Shown: positions 18,809-33,139, counted from the stretch's first letter. The stretch: DNA of 46,421 nucleotides from Moraxellaceae bacterium (GCA_947373945.1 CANBZV010000001.1:1-46421), one strand, 5' to 3'. The notes: a model not told the origin generated them from the letters alone. Translations and numbers: made by a program.

Positions 18809-20188
18809 TTAATCTTTACCAAACCACGCCAATTTATCCTGCAATTTGACGACTTCGCCAATAATAGTGAGGGTTGGTGCATGAATGCCACTCTCCGCTA
18901 CCTTTTCTGCAATGTTATGGATCTCACCAATTACTACTTGCTGATTAGGGCGTGTACCATGCGAAACTAGTGCAACCGGCATTTCTGGACGCATGCCATG
19001 AGCAATTAATTGTTTGCTAATTTCTTCAAGTCCTACTAAACCCATGTACAAAACCAGAGTTTGACGCTCGTGAATCAGCTCACTCCACGGTAGATTCGGC
19101 GTACCATCTTTCAGATGTCCGGTAACAAAGCGTACCGATTGCGCATAATCACGATGCGTTAATGGAATACCTGCATAGGCAGAACAGCCACTCGCGGCAG
19201 TAATACCTGGCACAACCTGAAATGGAATGCCTGCTTCGGCTAGCTCTTCGATTTCTTCACCGCCTCGTCCAAAAATAAACGGATCACCACCTTTTAAGCG
19301 ACAAACTCGTTTACCTTCTTGTGCTAACCGCACCAACAGATCATTGATGTCCTCTTGGGCAACCGCATGATTAGCTCTTGCTTTGCCGACATAAACCATA
19401 TCGGCATCACGACGGCATAAATCCAGAATCGGCTGTGAGACCAAACGATCATATACAACAACATCAGCTTGCTGCATTAAGCGTAAAGCACGAAACGTCA
19501 ATAAATCGGGGTCGCCCGGCCCTGCTCCAACCAAATATACTTCACCTGCACTAGTGGGTTTGGCTAATAATGCCTGCTGTAAGTGTTTCTCAGCTTCATC
19601 AGTACGGCCGTTATAAACCAGCTCGGCAAAACGTCCTTGCAGTTCCTTTTCCCAAAAAGCTCGACGCACCGATGTGTCGGGCAACGTCGCTTGCACTTGT
19701 TTACGGAACTTTCCAACAAATGCCGCTAATTGACCATACGCCGCAGGAATCATGCTTTCAAGGCGGGTGCGCAATAATCTGGCTAACACAGGTGATTGAC
19801 CACTGCTGGAAATCGCAATGACAATGGGCGAGCGATCAATAATGGACGGGAAAATAAAGCGACATAAATCGGGTGCATCAACAACATTCACCGGAATATG
19901 CCGTGCTTCACAATCAGCAAATACCTGTTGATTTAACTGGTCATTATCAGTGGCGGCGATCACTAAACGCTGGCCTTCCAAACATGATGTTTGATACGGT
20001 GCTTCAATAATCTGACCGCCCTGCTTTAATACTAAATCTTGTAATTCAGGCAAAATTGTCGGTGCAATAACGGTTACATGCGCTTTAGCTTTGAGCAATA
20101 AACTAACTTTACGTTTCGCAATATGACCGCCGCCCACAACTAAACAAGGCTGCTGGTCGATACGAAAGAAAATAGGAAGATAGTCCAT
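18809..20188 (-). CDS. cysG: Siroheme synthase
   Basis: MDYLPIF N-terminal dehydrogenase/ferrochelatase part, and a methyltransferase part with [15 protein letters not shown] and [16 protein letters not shown]. Confidence 0.97.
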   Translation of the reverse strand: MDYLPIFFRIDQQPCLVVGGGHIAKRKVSLLLKAKAHVTVIAPTILPELQDLVLKQGGQIIEAPYQTSCLEGQRLVIAATDNDQLNQQVFADCEARHIPVNVVDAPDLCRFIFPSIIDRSPIVIAISSSGQSPVLARLLRTRLESMIPAAYGQLAAFVGKFRKQVQATLPDTSVRRAFWEKELQGRFAELVYNGRTDEAEKHLQQALLAKPTSAGEVYLVGAGPGDPDLLTFRALRLMQQADVVVYDRLVSQPILDLCRRDADMVYVGKARANHAVAQEDINDLLVRLAQEGKRVCRLKGGDPFIFGRGGEEIEELAEAGIPFQVVPGITAASGCSAYAGIPLTHRDYAQSVRFVTGHLKDGTPNLPWSELIHERQTLVLYMGLVGLEEISKQLIAHGMRPEMPVALVSHGTRPNQQVVIGEIHNIAEKVAESGIHAPTLTIIGEVVKLQDKLAWFGKD

Positions 20189-20211
20189 AAGAGTCCTGTA
20201 TTAGCATGTTA

Positions 20212-20259
20212 GCTTTTCTCTCACTCGAGGATAGTAATTACTTACCATGAGAGAAAAGC
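20212..20259. terminator. 12 bp inverted repeat between serS and cysG (terminator or stability hairpin)
   Basis: GCTTTTCTCTCA (20212-20223) / TGAGAGAAAAGC (20248-20259); long loop and no clear U-tract on the transcribed strand. Confidence 0.45.
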
Positions 20260-20292
20260 AAAAAATGAAGTGAGGCTTTTATCAACTATAGC

Positions 20293-22229
<1,937 letters not shown>

Positions 22230-22329
22230 AAAACTTACTCTCGACACTAGATGTTTGACCATCTTAAAGCTAACGCGCTTATTTTTATGTCAGTATTTGA
22301 CGTTATCATCGTCGTAATTTGGTGCGCAG

Positions 22330-22346
22330 GCTGGGTTAAACCCAGC
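22330..22346. repeat. Short REP-like palindrome between ftsK and lolA
   Basis: GCTGGGTT-A-AACCCAGC. Confidence 0.45.
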
Positions 22347-22383
22347 ACTTCGCTTAACCAAAGATCAACACAACAAGCCATGC

Positions 22384-25300
22384 TTAGTCGTGTTGAGGAA
22401 CTAACACTTCACGCTGACCGTTATTCTGCATGGAGCTGACTAAGCCAGCCATTTCCATTGCTTCAATCAATCGAGCTGCACGGTTATAGCCGATTTTGAA
22501 TTTACGTTGCACAAACGAAATGGATGCACGACGGGTTTCCAACACAAACGCGACAGCATCATCGTAGAGTACATCTTGTTCGGCATCGGCTGTTTCGTCG
22601 CCCATGCCGCCAGCTACACCTTTGGCTGGTACACCATCATCAGTGTATTCGTGCAAGATTTCTTCAATATAATTAGGCTCACCACGACTACGCCAGTCAT
22701 CACACACACGATGCACTTCATCATCACTGACAAAAGCACCATGAATACGCTCAGGAATATTGGTGCCAACAGGCTGGAACAGCATATCGCCATTCCCTAA
22801 TAATTGCTCCGCGCCGCCTTGATCTAGGATGGTGCGGGAATCAATTTTACTGGAAACCTGGAAGGCAATACGCGATGGTACGTTGGCTTTAATCAAGCCG
22901 GTAATTACGTCCACGGATGGTCTTTGCGTCGCTAAAATCAAATGAATGCCTGCCGCACGCGCTTTTTGGGCGATACGAGCAATCAACTCTTCCACTTTTT
23001 TACCAACCACCATCATCATGTCAGCAAATTCGTCAATGACGACGACAATAAATGGCAATTTTTTCAATAATGGGGCATTTTCTAAAAGCGCGGTATCTTC
23101 TCTTTTCCATAATGGGTCAAGAAGATTTTCACCTTTGGCGGCAAACTCATCAATTTTAGTATTATAACCAGCCAAATTACGTACACCAACCGCGGACATA
23201 ATTTTATAGCGACGTTCCATTTCAGCGACACACCAACGCAGGGCATTAGCAGCGTCTTTCATGTCGGTAACGACAGGTGTCAACAAATGAGGGATTTTGT
23301 CATAAATTGAGAGTTCCAACATTTTAGGATCGATGAGAATTAAACGCACATCATCGGGAGTCGCTTTGTACAAGATACTTAAAATCATGGCATTAACGCC
23401 GACCGACTTACCAGAACCCGTTGTTCCAGCAACGAGCAAATGTGGCATACGCGCCAAATCAGCAGCCACCGCTTTACCACTAATATCCTTACCTAAAGCC
23501 ATCGTGATGGGCGATTCACGTTCTTGATAAACAGGAGCCGATAGAATTTCCTGCAAACGAACTATCTGACGATTTTCGTTAGGCACTTCAATACCAATGA
23601 CGGTTTTACCCGGAATGACTTCGACAACACGAACCGCAAGCATAGCCATAGAACGAGCCAAGTCTTTTGCGATGTTCGATATTTTCGCGACTTTGACTCC
23701 TGGAGCAGGATCAACCTCAAAACGTGTGACTACGGGGCCGGGAAAGGCATCAACTACTTTGGCATCAATATTAAATTCACGTAGCTTGATCTCTAATAAA
23801 CGCGACAAGCGCTCCAACTGCTCAGGAGTGAATCCAGCCTTACGATTAACATCTGGGCGTTCTAGCAAATCTAAGGAAGGTAGTCGTGATAAGGGTTTAT
23901 CTGCAACGACAACCGGCACGACCGTTTTGGCTATTGAGGGCAAAACATGCACAGGTGGCGCTTCTTCGATCTCTTGAATGGCTTCATCAACAAAGGATTG
24001 TGAGAGAACGGACTCAATATGGTGTTCGTTCTGGTTTGATGTTGCCGATGGGAGTGCGTCATCCTTTAACCAGTCCTCATCGTCCAAAAACACATCTTCA
24101 TCGTGAGCCACAGCAATATCAATCGCTTGAGGATGTTCAATCTGAGCTTCATGGATAGCCGAACTAATAACCACCTCATCCAACTTGCTAGCCATATCAG
24201 CATCATGTCCTGAATCTTCAGCCAACCATTTTTCTGCGGCTTCATCAAGAAAGTGTTCAGGCTCATCATTGACCACAACAGCCTTAACAGGCAATGGCAA
24301 TACGTCGGGTTCGGGCTTTAAAACAGGGAAAGGATCAGCTTCGTGCATCCAGTCGTCAGCCATTTTGTCAACAGGCTTTTCGACATGTTCTTCTTCACCC
24401 AAAAATGCACCAAACTCGGCCGCTAATTGATTTTGATGCTCTTGAGAAATAGTTGCTGCTGGTGGCACATCAGTTGAAATATCAGCAGGACTAGCTACCA
24501 TGGGGGCCGCAGATAACATTTCATCTGTGACGACAGGTATATTCTGTTGCGTAAAACCAGCAATAACCTCATTCAACTCCGCCATTAACTGTGGCGTTTC
24601 AGTGCTGACTGTTTCTTGATCAATGAGCGAAGGGAGCACTGCCACCTCATCACTCAACGTAGGGAAATCAGCATCAGCAAATGATGGTTCAACGCGTTCC
24701 AAGACAGGCACAGGGACAATTTGAGCTTGCACTTTATTGTTGGTGATATTGAGCTTGAATTGCGACTCAGCTTGCTTCATCGCCGACTGTAATTCAACTT
24801 TTTGTTGTTGATGCTCTTTGTACTCTTCAGTCTTACGGCGGTAACTAGCTTGCAAATTGAGTATGGCAGCATAAGGAATATACCCTAATGCCTCCAATAG
24901 AAAATTCCATGAAAAGCCACTAATCAACGTACCATTCAAGGCAATGACAGACAGCAACAGCACACTACTACCAAGCAAACCAAAACTATGCAATAGCGAT
25001 TGCCCGATTTCCAAACCGATAATTCCACCAGCGGCATTAATGATATTTGCATCAGGGACTACGGCATGTAATGCCAATAACCCTGATGTGGACACTAACA
25101 AAAGTGCTTTTGCCAGCCAGCGCAGCCCAAACTTGAACGTCATGGTTTGAGGGCGCCAAATTGCCAAGACTTCCAGTACACAAAAGACGGGCAATAAAAA
25201 TGCTGCACCACCCAGGAAACTAAAAAACATATCTGCAAGCCATGCGCCCGAGACACCAACAGAGTTAGACACCGCCAAGGTATCACTACTAACGCGCGAC

Positions 25301-25455
25301 CAACCAGGATCCAAGGGTGAATACGTTAATAATGCCAGAACGAGATACAAGCCTAAGCCAAGCCAGCCTAAACTTTGCACTTCACGCCAACCTTTGGGCG
25401 GCGTAGCAGGGTTAATGTTTGCAGAAGTAGAAGTATTTTGTAAGGAAACAGTCAC
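22384..25455 (-). CDS. ftsK: DNA translocase FtsK
   Basis: N-terminal TM domain, long acidic linker, Walker [27 protein letters not shown], and gamma domain ([22 protein letters not shown]). Start uncertain: GTG at 25455 is likely; the ORF track extends to 25524. Confidence 0.97.
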   Translation of the reverse strand: MTVSLQNTSTSANINPATPPKGWREVQSLGWLGLGLYLVLALLTYSPLDPGWSRVSSDTLAVSNSVGVSGAWLADMFFSFLGGAAFLLPVFCVLEVLAIWRPQTMTFKFGLRWLAKALLLVSTSGLLALHAVVPDANIINAAGGIIGLEIGQSLLHSFGLLGSSVLLLSVIALNGTLISGFSWNFLLEALGYIPYAAILNLQASYRRKTEEYKEHQQQKVELQSAMKQAESQFKLNITNNKVQAQIVPVPVLERVEPSFADADFPTLSDEVAVLPSLIDQETVSTETPQLMAELNEVIAGFTQQNIPVVTDEMLSAAPMVASPADISTDVPPAATISQEHQNQLAAEFGAFLGEEEHVEKPVDKMADDWMHEADPFPVLKPEPDVLPLPVKAVVVNDEPEHFLDEAAEKWLAEDSGHDADMASKLDEVVISSAIHEAQIEHPQAIDIAVAHDEDVFLDDEDWLKDDALPSATSNQNEHHIESVLSQSFVDEAIQEIEEAPPVHVLPSIAKTVVPVVVADKPLSRLPSLDLLERPDVNRKAGFTPEQLERLSRLLEIKLREFNIDAKVVDAFPGPVVTRFEVDPAPGVKVAKISNIAKDLARSMAMLAVRVVEVIPGKTVIGIEVPNENRQIVRLQEILSAPVYQERESPITMALGKDISGKAVAADLARMPHLLVAGTTGSGKSVGVNAMILSILYKATPDDVRLILIDPKMLELSIYDKIPHLLTPVVTDMKDAANALRWCVAEMERRYKIMSAVGVRNLAGYNTKIDEFAAKGENLLDPLWKREDTALLENAPLLKKLPFIVVVIDEFADMMMVVGKKVEELIARIAQKARAAGIHLILATQRPSVDVITGLIKANVPSRIAFQVSSKIDSRTILDQGGAEQLLGNGDMLFQPVGTNIPERIHGAFVSDDEVHRVCDDWRSRGEPNYIEEILHEYTDDGVPAKGVAGGMGDETADAEQDVLYDDAVAFVLETRRASISFVQRKFKIGYNRAARLIEAMEMAGLVSSMQNNGQREVLVPQHD

Positions 25456-25584
25456 AACCAAAATCCGTGCAGTGGTAATTCTTAAGCCGCTGATTATGCC
25501 ACTTTTACACCAAAAAACTTGCATCTACAGCGTGATTAACGTCATGTATTGACATGTTTTTTTTGTTGTCTGGTAACAAAGGTG

Positions 25585-26634
25585 CTAAATAAGCGCTGGA
25601 TGCACAATCTTGCCATCTTTTACCGCGATAGCGCTTTGTAAAATAGCGTCATGAGATAACTCACCGCGTGCAATATTTTGTACATAAGGCAAGATGACCT
25701 CCGATAATGCTTGTGCTGATGTTCTCGGTACTGCACCGGGTAGATTGGTCACTGCAATATAACCAATATCGTTACGCCAATAGGTCGGTTGCTGCCAATC
25801 CGTGGCCTGAATATCCTCGACACAACCACCTTGGTCGATGGCGATATCAACAATAATTCGTCCTTTAGCCAATAGTGCTTGCAAGTTCTTCGTCAATAAT
25901 CGAGGTGCATTCGCTCCTTTAATTAGTACGGCACCAATAACAACATCAGTTTGCGGCAGTAATGCGGCCAGTGCTTCCTCTGAAAATAGAGCAGTAAAAA
26001 TAGAGGAATTTTGACGCTTCAAATGATTAAGCGCTTCCTGTGACTTATCTAAAACATAAACTTCAGCACCTAACGCAGAGGCCATTAATGCAGCGTGATT
26101 CCCAGCCACTCCCGCACCCAAGACCACTACCCTGCCTTTAGCCGTCCCCATGACCCCTCCAAGTAGCACACCTGCCCCACCATTAATTTGCTGTAAATAT
26201 TGTGCGCTTAAATGAACGGCTAGTTGACCCGCGATAGCACTCATTGGTGCAAGTAGAGGTAAATGGCCGTTCACCGTTAAAGTTTCAAAGGCCAATGCAG
26301 TCACATGCTGACGTAACAAGGCTTTCAACACATCAGGATTGGCCGCCAAATGCAAATAACAGAACAAAATCTGATTTTTACGCAATAAATTTATTTCTTC
26401 AATTACAGGCTCTTTTACTTTAACCACCAATTCAGCGCGATAAACATCTGTTAGGTTTTGGACTATTTGGCCACCAACGGCCAAATAGTCAGAATTATAA
26501 TAACCGCTTTTTAACCCCGCATTTGTTTCAATCAAAACAACATGATGGTTAGCAACCAACTCAGCAACCGCTTTTGGTGTTAATGCTATCCGCCCCTCAA
26601 GAAGCTTACGCTCACGCGGAATGCCAATCATCAT
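25585..26634 (-). CDS. ald: Alanine dehydrogenase
   Basis: VVKVKEP, FCYLHLAA, LPLLAPMS, GAGVAG Rossmann motif, DIAIDQGGC and NLPGAVPRTS. Confidence 0.9.
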   Translation of the reverse strand: MMIGIPRERKLLEGRIALTPKAVAELVANHHVVLIETNAGLKSGYYNSDYLAVGGQIVQNLTDVYRAELVVKVKEPVIEEINLLRKNQILFCYLHLAANPDVLKALLRQHVTALAFETLTVNGHLPLLAPMSAIAGQLAVHLSAQYLQQINGGAGVLLGGVMGTAKGRVVVLGAGVAGNHAALMASALGAEVYVLDKSQEALNHLKRQNSSIFTALFSEEALAALLPQTDVVIGAVLIKGANAPRLLTKNLQALLAKGRIIVDIAIDQGGCVEDIQATDWQQPTYWRNDIGYIAVTNLPGAVPRTSAQALSEVILPYVQNIARGELSHDAILQSAIAVKDGKIVHPALI

Positions 26635-26733
26635 AGTTTATGCTCCATTAAAAATCGCTAAACCTTGCTTTTTTGCTGTCGAACCCCAATCCTATGTTTC
26701 AGTATAATCAACTAATTAAATTTTGCTTTTTAG

Positions 26734-27693
<960 letters not shown>

Positions 27694-27695
27694 TA

Positions 27696-27758
27696 AAAAT
27701 CCCCCTCAATCCCCCTTTCATAAAGGGGGAAGCTTACATCGTAAGCAAGGGGGATTTT
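27696..27758. terminator. Nested inverted repeats / bidirectional terminator between trxB and sodB
   Basis: Outer stem AAAATCCCCCT/AGGGGGATTTT encloses TCCCCCTTT/AAAGGGGGA and GCTTAC/GTAAGC. Confidence 0.75.
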
Positions 27759-27774
27759 CTGCTACTTAAAAAAC

Positions 27775-28374
27775 TTAAGCAGAGAGATTTGCGTTCGCAA
27801 AGTCCCAGTTCGCCAAACTTTCCAAGAAAGTAGCGATGTATTTAGGACGTAAGTTACGGAAATCAACATAGTAAGCATGTTCCCAAACATCGATAGTCAA
27901 CAACGCTTTTTGGCCGTGAACTAATGGTGTATCAGCATTGCTGGTTTTAGTGATCGCTAACTTGCCGTCAGCACCCAAAACTAACCAAGCCCAGCCAGAA
28001 CCGAACTGAGTTGTTGCCGCCGCAGTAAATAGCTCAACGAACTTTTCGTAGCTACCAAAATCAGCTGTGATTTTGTCAGCAATCGCGCCGGTTGGTGCGC
28101 CGCCGCCATTAGGCTTCATCGAATGCCAATAGAACGTGTGGTTCCAAACTTGAGCTGCATTGTTAAAAATACCGACTTTTGCTGCATCACCGGCAACTGC
28201 CTTAATGATGGTTTCAAGATCTTTATCAGCTAAATCTGTGTCTTTAATCAAGTTATTCAAATTAACAACATACGCATTATGGTGTTTGCCATGATGGATA
28301 TCTAAAGTTTCGGAACTGATATGTGGTGCAAGTGCAGTATTTGCATAAGGTAAAGCTGGCAGTGTAATAGCCAT
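27775..28374 (-). CDS. sodB: Fe superoxide dismutase
   Basis: HHGKHH, FNNAAQVWNHTFYW (Fe-type) and DVWEHAYY. Confidence 0.96.
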   Translation of the reverse strand: MAITLPALPYANTALAPHISSETLDIHHGKHHNAYVVNLNNLIKDTDLADKDLETIIKAVAGDAAKVGIFNNAAQVWNHTFYWHSMKPNGGGAPTGAIADKITADFGSYEKFVELFTAAATTQFGSGWAWLVLGADGKLAITKTSNADTPLVHGQKALLTIDVWEHAYYVDFRNLRPKYIATFLESLANWDFANANLSA

Positions 28375-28447
28375 GAAGCTAGCTCCTTGTTTAAAAATTC
28401 AAATTCCTCACTTACTCTGCCCAAACGGATTTCAGTGAGGCTAAAAA

Positions 28448-29050
28448 TTACAGTTTGTCAGCGTTTTCGGCGAGATAAGAAGCAACACCTTCTGGGGATG
28501 CAGTCATACCTTTATCGCCTTTTTTCCAGTTAGCTGGACACACTTCGCCGTGCTCTTCGTTGAATTGCAACGCATCAAACAAACGGATTAACTCTTCCAT
28601 GTTACGACCCAATGGCAAATCATTGACGATTTGTGAACGCACAACGCCATTAGTATCAATCAGGAACGCGCCACGGAATGCTACGCCGCCTTCAGATTCA
28701 ACATCGTAAGCTTTGGCAATTTCGTGTTTCATATCAGCAGCCAATGTGTATTTGACCGGACCGATACCACCATCGTTGATCGCAGTATTACGCCATGCAT
28801 TGTGAGTAAAGTGCGAGTCGATAGACACACCAACAACTTCAACATTACGTGCTTTAAAGTCAGGAATACGGTGATCCAAAGCAATCAACTCTGAAGGACA
28901 AACGAACGTAAAATCTAATGGATAGAAAAATACCAAGGCGTATTTGCCTTTGATAGCTGAGGCAAAATTATAACTTTCAACAATTTCACCATTAGCTAAA
29001 ACAGCAGGGACGGTGAAATCTGGGGCAGGCTTGCCAACTAATACAGCCAT
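28448..29050 (-). CDS. Typical 2-Cys peroxiredoxin (AhpC/TsaA family)
   Basis: FYPLDFTFVCPSE and GEVCPANW. Confidence 0.96.
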   Translation of the reverse strand: MAVLVGKPAPDFTVPAVLANGEIVESYNFASAIKGKYALVFFYPLDFTFVCPSELIALDHRIPDFKARNVEVVGVSIDSHFTHNAWRNTAINDGGIGPVKYTLAADMKHEIAKAYDVESEGGVAFRGAFLIDTNGVVRSQIVNDLPLGRNMEELIRLFDALQFNEEHGEVCPANWKKGDKGMTASPEGVASYLAENADKL

Positions 29051-29234
29051 GATTGACTCCTTGTGAGTAATTTGATCGAGTTTAGGCTCACTAAGTGAAC
29101 TAATAATTGGGTGTTACTTAATAAGTGTGGCAAAGATGAGGCTTTATCTAACCGATTTCAAGATGGCAAACGTAGAGTTTTTTGTTTTGTCACACTTTAA
29201 ATAGGTTGTGTTGACGAAAATATCGACACCCTGA

Positions 29235-29924
29235 CTAAAAACGTCTTTTTCTCGCCAACATCCAACCACTGATCACCAAAACAAGTAGCAACAGTGCAAA
29301 AACATCAACCAGTAATGTCCCCCACTGCCCCCATAAACGACCAGAATGCGCGTCCAACAACCAACGCTCAACGGTGATTTGTACGTTTGGTTTTACAGGT
29401 TCAAGCCATGCTAAAGATGGGTGTGCATTTGGCTCTAGACTGACGCTTAGATCATCAGAATGGAATCGAAAGATACTACTGTCAGCCCGTAAAAAAACAC
29501 CTTTCTGATCGAATGCTAAGGCATCAAAATGCTGATTTAAACCACGCAAGCTATCAACCTGATCAATGACATCACCATCAGAAGTCAACAGCCATAAATG
29601 CTGCCTACAAGCAATAATCGTTTGTTGTGATTGTTTGACAATGCCTAGCAGTAAAGAACAATCACCCAAATTTTGTTGCTCTAGCCACAAACCTTCTTGG
29701 TTAAGCATTAATCTCTTGTTCGCAACCATTAGCGGCTCGGCATGACCGACTCCGTACCAACTTAACCAAAAATCCGAATCGAGCGTCTTTTTATCCAGCG
29801 CAAACAACTGTTCATGGTTTAACAGAACCCCTGTAGTTATCATCCAAAGTAAAAAAATACTGAGGACTATGCCAAAACGACGATGCCAGCGTAATAACCA
29901 CAAACGAAAATGAAATTTTTTCAT
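29235..29924 (-). CDS. PepSY-associated TM domain protein
   Basis: N-terminal RWHRRFG plus TM (TTGVLLNH); C-terminal LDAHSGRLWG plus TM; 4 bp overlap with the upstream gene. Confidence 0.8.
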   Translation of the reverse strand: MKKFHFRLWLLRWHRRFGIVLSIFLLWMITTGVLLNHEQLFALDKKTLDSDFWLSWYGVGHAEPLMVANKRLMLNQEGLWLEQQNLGDCSLLLGIVKQSQQTIIACRQHLWLLTSDGDVIDQVDSLRGLNQHFDALAFDQKGVFLRADSSIFRFHSDDLSVSLEPNAHPSLAWLEPVKPNVQITVERWLLDAHSGRLWGQWGTLLVDVFALLLLVLVISGWMLARKRRF

Positions 29925-30451
29925 GGATTAACAACCGCAGGCTTTTCAGCATCTAAAATCAGGGCTACACGAGCCATTTTCTGTAGCGCCCACACTGATA
30001 AGGTTGCGCCGGTAATGCCGTCAATTTTTTTGCTTAATTTATCGTCGCTAGTTAGTGCTAGTTGATGAAACTGCTTAGTGAAAAAGGATTGTTGCACTTC
30101 CCCCCCTCGACTTTCACGGTACGCTAAAACGTCTAAGTCTACGATCCTGCCGTTTTCAACGACTATTCCTGTCGTAATCGGCTGTTCTTTTCCTACTTCA
30201 TCCAAAACCCACGCTGTGCGCTGACCTGACTGCCAATAACGCACTCTTAGGCCCTGATAAGGATGATTCAACACTTGCTCAATGCGTTTTTTAAGTTCGG
30301 GTTTAAGCCAGAATGTTTGTGTTTGCGGCAATTGTTGACTGAAGTTGGCTTTAAGAAAAACATCTAAAGGTTGCCCTACACTCTCAGCGACTGCAAATAA
30401 AGGACAGAAAATGATTAAAACACCCCATAAACGGCTCAACATGTCTCTCAC
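29921..30451 (-). CDS. Exported FMN-binding domain protein
   Basis: Signal peptide, YRESRGGEV, and flavinylation-type motif IDGITGATLS. Confidence 0.85.
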   Translation of the reverse strand: MRDMLSRLWGVLIIFCPLFAVAESVGQPLDVFLKANFSQQLPQTQTFWLKPELKKRIEQVLNHPYQGLRVRYWQSGQRTAWVLDEVGKEQPITTGIVVENGRIVDLDVLAYRESRGGEVQQSFFTKQFHQLALTSDDKLSKKIDGITGATLSVWALQKMARVALILDAEKPAVVNP

Positions 30452-30552
30452 CTTACAATCGAATTGGACTTTAGAACCAACGTCATCGCCTCAATATTTT
30501 TAGCTGCCTGAAAAACACTTACCCTGCGTTAGAAGCTCCAGACATTACAGAT

Positions 30553-30571
30553 GCTAATGATAGCCATTATC
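30553..30571. promoter_or_regulatory. Fur box
   Basis: GCTAATGATAGCCATTATC matches GATAATGATAATCATTATC at 16/19; lies in the divergent intergenic region about 100 bp upstream of the FMN-binding gene. Confidence 0.75.
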
Positions 30572-30903
30572 ACTTAGAACGTTTTATTTGGCTATCCTAA
30601 TAGCAAATTTCGGCAAAATTTGATCTATTTACATTTTCCGAAATATATTTATCGTTGGACGTTAGTACGTCGTTCGTATTTTACGTATGAGTGTTGTATT
30701 ATCGACCAAAAATACCACTAGCCAAAAGAACAAGATTTTCACCAACAACCCACAAAATCACGTTAGCTGCATTAGAATTGCATCTTGAATTGGGGTTGGC
30801 AAAGTCTTTCAGAGTGGATAAGAAAGAAATAAGAAATACTGTCGGCATGCCGTTATGCGTTTGCTCTGTACAGAATCAAAAGAATAAAAGGGGCGAGAAC
30901 CAC

Positions 30904-33114
30904 ATGTTTTTTAACGCTTTTTCACAAACCAGACATATTTTCGCTACTGTCACTGGCCTAGTTTTGTCTAGCATAACTTTCGCTGATACCGCTGGCAGGG
31001 TTAATTTTGTTGCGGGTGACGTTAACGTAAACAATATAGATAACAAATCACACATGCTCGTTAAAGGCGATATGGTCAGTAGCGGTGAGACGATCACTAC
31101 AGGCAATAAAGGCCGCATTCAGATTCGTTTGGCTGATGGTGGTTTTTTATCATTGCGTCCTAACTCCGTTTTTCAAATCGAAAAATATAACTTTAGTAAG
31201 GATACGCCGACACAAGGCTCATTATTATTCAACTTTATCAAAGGTGGTATGCGTACTATCAGCGGCGCAATCGGTAAAGTGAATCGCTCCAATTATCAGA
31301 TGAATACTCCCTTTGCCACTATTGGTATTCGAGGTACCGATTACGCTGGGGACATTACGGATGATCAGTTGTTAGTCACAGTCAATAAAGGAGCGATTAA
31401 TGTTACCAATGATGTTGGCAATGTTGACATTCCTGCCGGACAAACCTTCGCTGTAAAAAAAGGTCACGCTCCTGAACCTACTAATCTAAAAGTCGATGTT
31501 GACCCATTTGAAACAGAAGAAGAACTACCGCCATGCACCCGAGGGTCTGCGTGCACATCATCAACGGCCCCTATCACTAATTCTGCCGCTAGTGATGATC
31601 TTGAAGAGCGTCCACATCTTGAAAACTTCGCCAGTTATAATGAATTCATTCATGCAATGTCAGTTTATCAGCGCTTAGAAGCAGAAAAGCTGCGTGTATC
31701 AGATGCAGCACGCCAATTACTGGCTGCTAAAAATGGCGCATTGATTGATATGAACTTACAAACACTGGAAGAAGGTGGCGCGGCGTTGATTGTTAATGGC
31801 CCTGAAGATTTGAATGATGCCATTGATAAAGCAAAAAGCTTTGCCAAATTAGGTTTGGCGGATCGTTACAGTCAAGGTCGGAGTACATTTAACAGTTTCC
31901 CGCTCAAAGCAGAAGACGCGGACTCGCTACAAAATGCATCTATTAGTGATACATTTATGGTCGATAATGATTACTCAATATATATAAATAATTGTGTGAC
32001 CCTAATGCACAAGGGTATCCATAGCTGTTTGACGAACTCTACAGGTTACATTGATATTTTAGCTGACCTTGATAAATATAATTACTCTTTATTACCTGAA
32101 TTGTTCATGCGTACAGAAGATGGTCTTTTTATTAATATAGCTAATGCTGACGGCGTTGATTTTAATGGCCTTTTCATTTCAACTTTTCTTAATAGTGCAT
32201 TTGATAGAATAAATGCTAAAGTTTATCTTGGCACTCGAAGCCAAGAACAACTATCGCAATTCGGTGTTACTGGCTCCCTACTATCCTCATTAGATGATAA
32301 CAAAAATGGCTTGTTTGGAGGTGGCAGTATTAAACGTGGATTTATTCATGATGGCGATGGTGTCGGACAATATAAAAACTCTGGAGCAATAGAAATCGGT
32401 GATGGCTCAGCAGCCGAAGCAATGGTCATTTTAACAGACGACTCTCAACCCATCTCAGCTACACTAAGCTTGATAAATAGTATCGACACTCCTGCAGACA
32501 ATTCGAGGCTTTCTATCAATGTAGTCACGCCTACGATAGGAATTAAGCTAGGCGGTGTATATGTTTCCGACTCAGACTCTGCAGTACCGGGCATTAACAA
32601 ATATGGCGAACCTACACCGGGTTCAGCTAGAATTTATGGCACAAATACAGACGGCTCTACCCCGGTTCAAATTATGGGGGCTTCAGAAATTATTTTAGGG
32701 GCCGCCACAATAAATGCCAAACTTGTGCATAACCCACAAAGTGACATAAATGGAAATGTCTCACCATTAACGATTTTAGCGGATGCCTTTATAAAAGATG
32801 GTTTGGTTATTAACAATCTTGATATTAGAGATGTAGCGGGTCCGTTTCGTGGTGGTAGTTTAGGTATGAATAGTTTAAGAATCTCTGATTACTCAAGTGC
32901 AAATTTAACGGCAAAACTTGTAGTTGATTTTGAGCGTAAAAATGAAGCAAATAGTATTGCTCTGACACTAAAACAGCTTGGCGATATTGTAAATGGTGTA
33001 AATATCACCATGAATAGGGTAAAAGTGGGTGATGCTTTTGCCAAAGATATCGGCGATATTGAAATTATTGGCTTAAACTTAAATGGCCTTCAACTCGTTT
33101 TAACAAGCCATTAA
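30904..33114 (+). CDS. Secreted FecR-domain protein with FilA/DUF6160-like C-terminal domain
   Basis: Signal peptide, then a FecR-type domain (AGRVNFVAGDV, GETITTG, TPFATIGIRGTDY). C-terminus (IGDIEIIGLNLNGLQLVLTSH) resembles Acinetobacter FilA-type pilins as I recall them. ATG at 30904 preferred over GTG at 30691. Confidence 0.7.
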   Translation: MFFNAFSQTRHIFATVTGLVLSSITFADTAGRVNFVAGDVNVNNIDNKSHMLVKGDMVSSGETITTGNKGRIQIRLADGGFLSLRPNSVFQIEKYNFSKDTPTQGSLLFNFIKGGMRTISGAIGKVNRSNYQMNTPFATIGIRGTDYAGDITDDQLLVTVNKGAINVTNDVGNVDIPAGQTFAVKKGHAPEPTNLKVDVDPFETEEELPPCTRGSACTSSTAPITNSAASDDLEERPHLENFASYNEFIHAMSVYQRLEAEKLRVSDAARQLLAAKNGALIDMNLQTLEEGGAALIVNGPEDLNDAIDKAKSFAKLGLADRYSQGRSTFNSFPLKAEDADSLQNASISDTFMVDNDYSIYINNCVTLMHKGIHSCLTNSTGYIDILADLDKYNYSLLPELFMRTEDGLFINIANADGVDFNGLFISTFLNSAFDRINAKVYLGTRSQEQLSQFGVTGSLLSSLDDNKNGLFGGGSIKRGFIHDGDGVGQYKNSGAIEIGDGSAAEAMVILTDDSQPISATLSLINSIDTPADNSRLSINVVTPTIGIKLGGVYVSDSDSAVPGINKYGEPTPGSARIYGTNTDGSTPVQIMGASEIILGAATINAKLVHNPQSDINGNVSPLTILADAFIKDGLVINNLDIRDVAGPFRGGSLGMNSLRISDYSSANLTAKLVVDFERKNEANSIALTLKQLGDIVNGVNITMNRVKVGDAFAKDIGDIEIIGLNLNGLQLVLTSH

Positions 33115-33139
33115 CTTAGGTAGTTGCAAATATGACTAA

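Noticed and set aside
23900-24800. Acidic low-complexity stretch in ftsK as an insertion or repeat
   Set aside because: FtsK linkers are normally long and variable; the frame is intact and no nucleotide repeat is visible.
30691-30903. 71 aa N-terminal extension of the FecR-domain ORF
   Set aside because: The signal peptide and a purine-rich RBS fit ATG at 30904; the extension looks like open promoter/UTR sequence.
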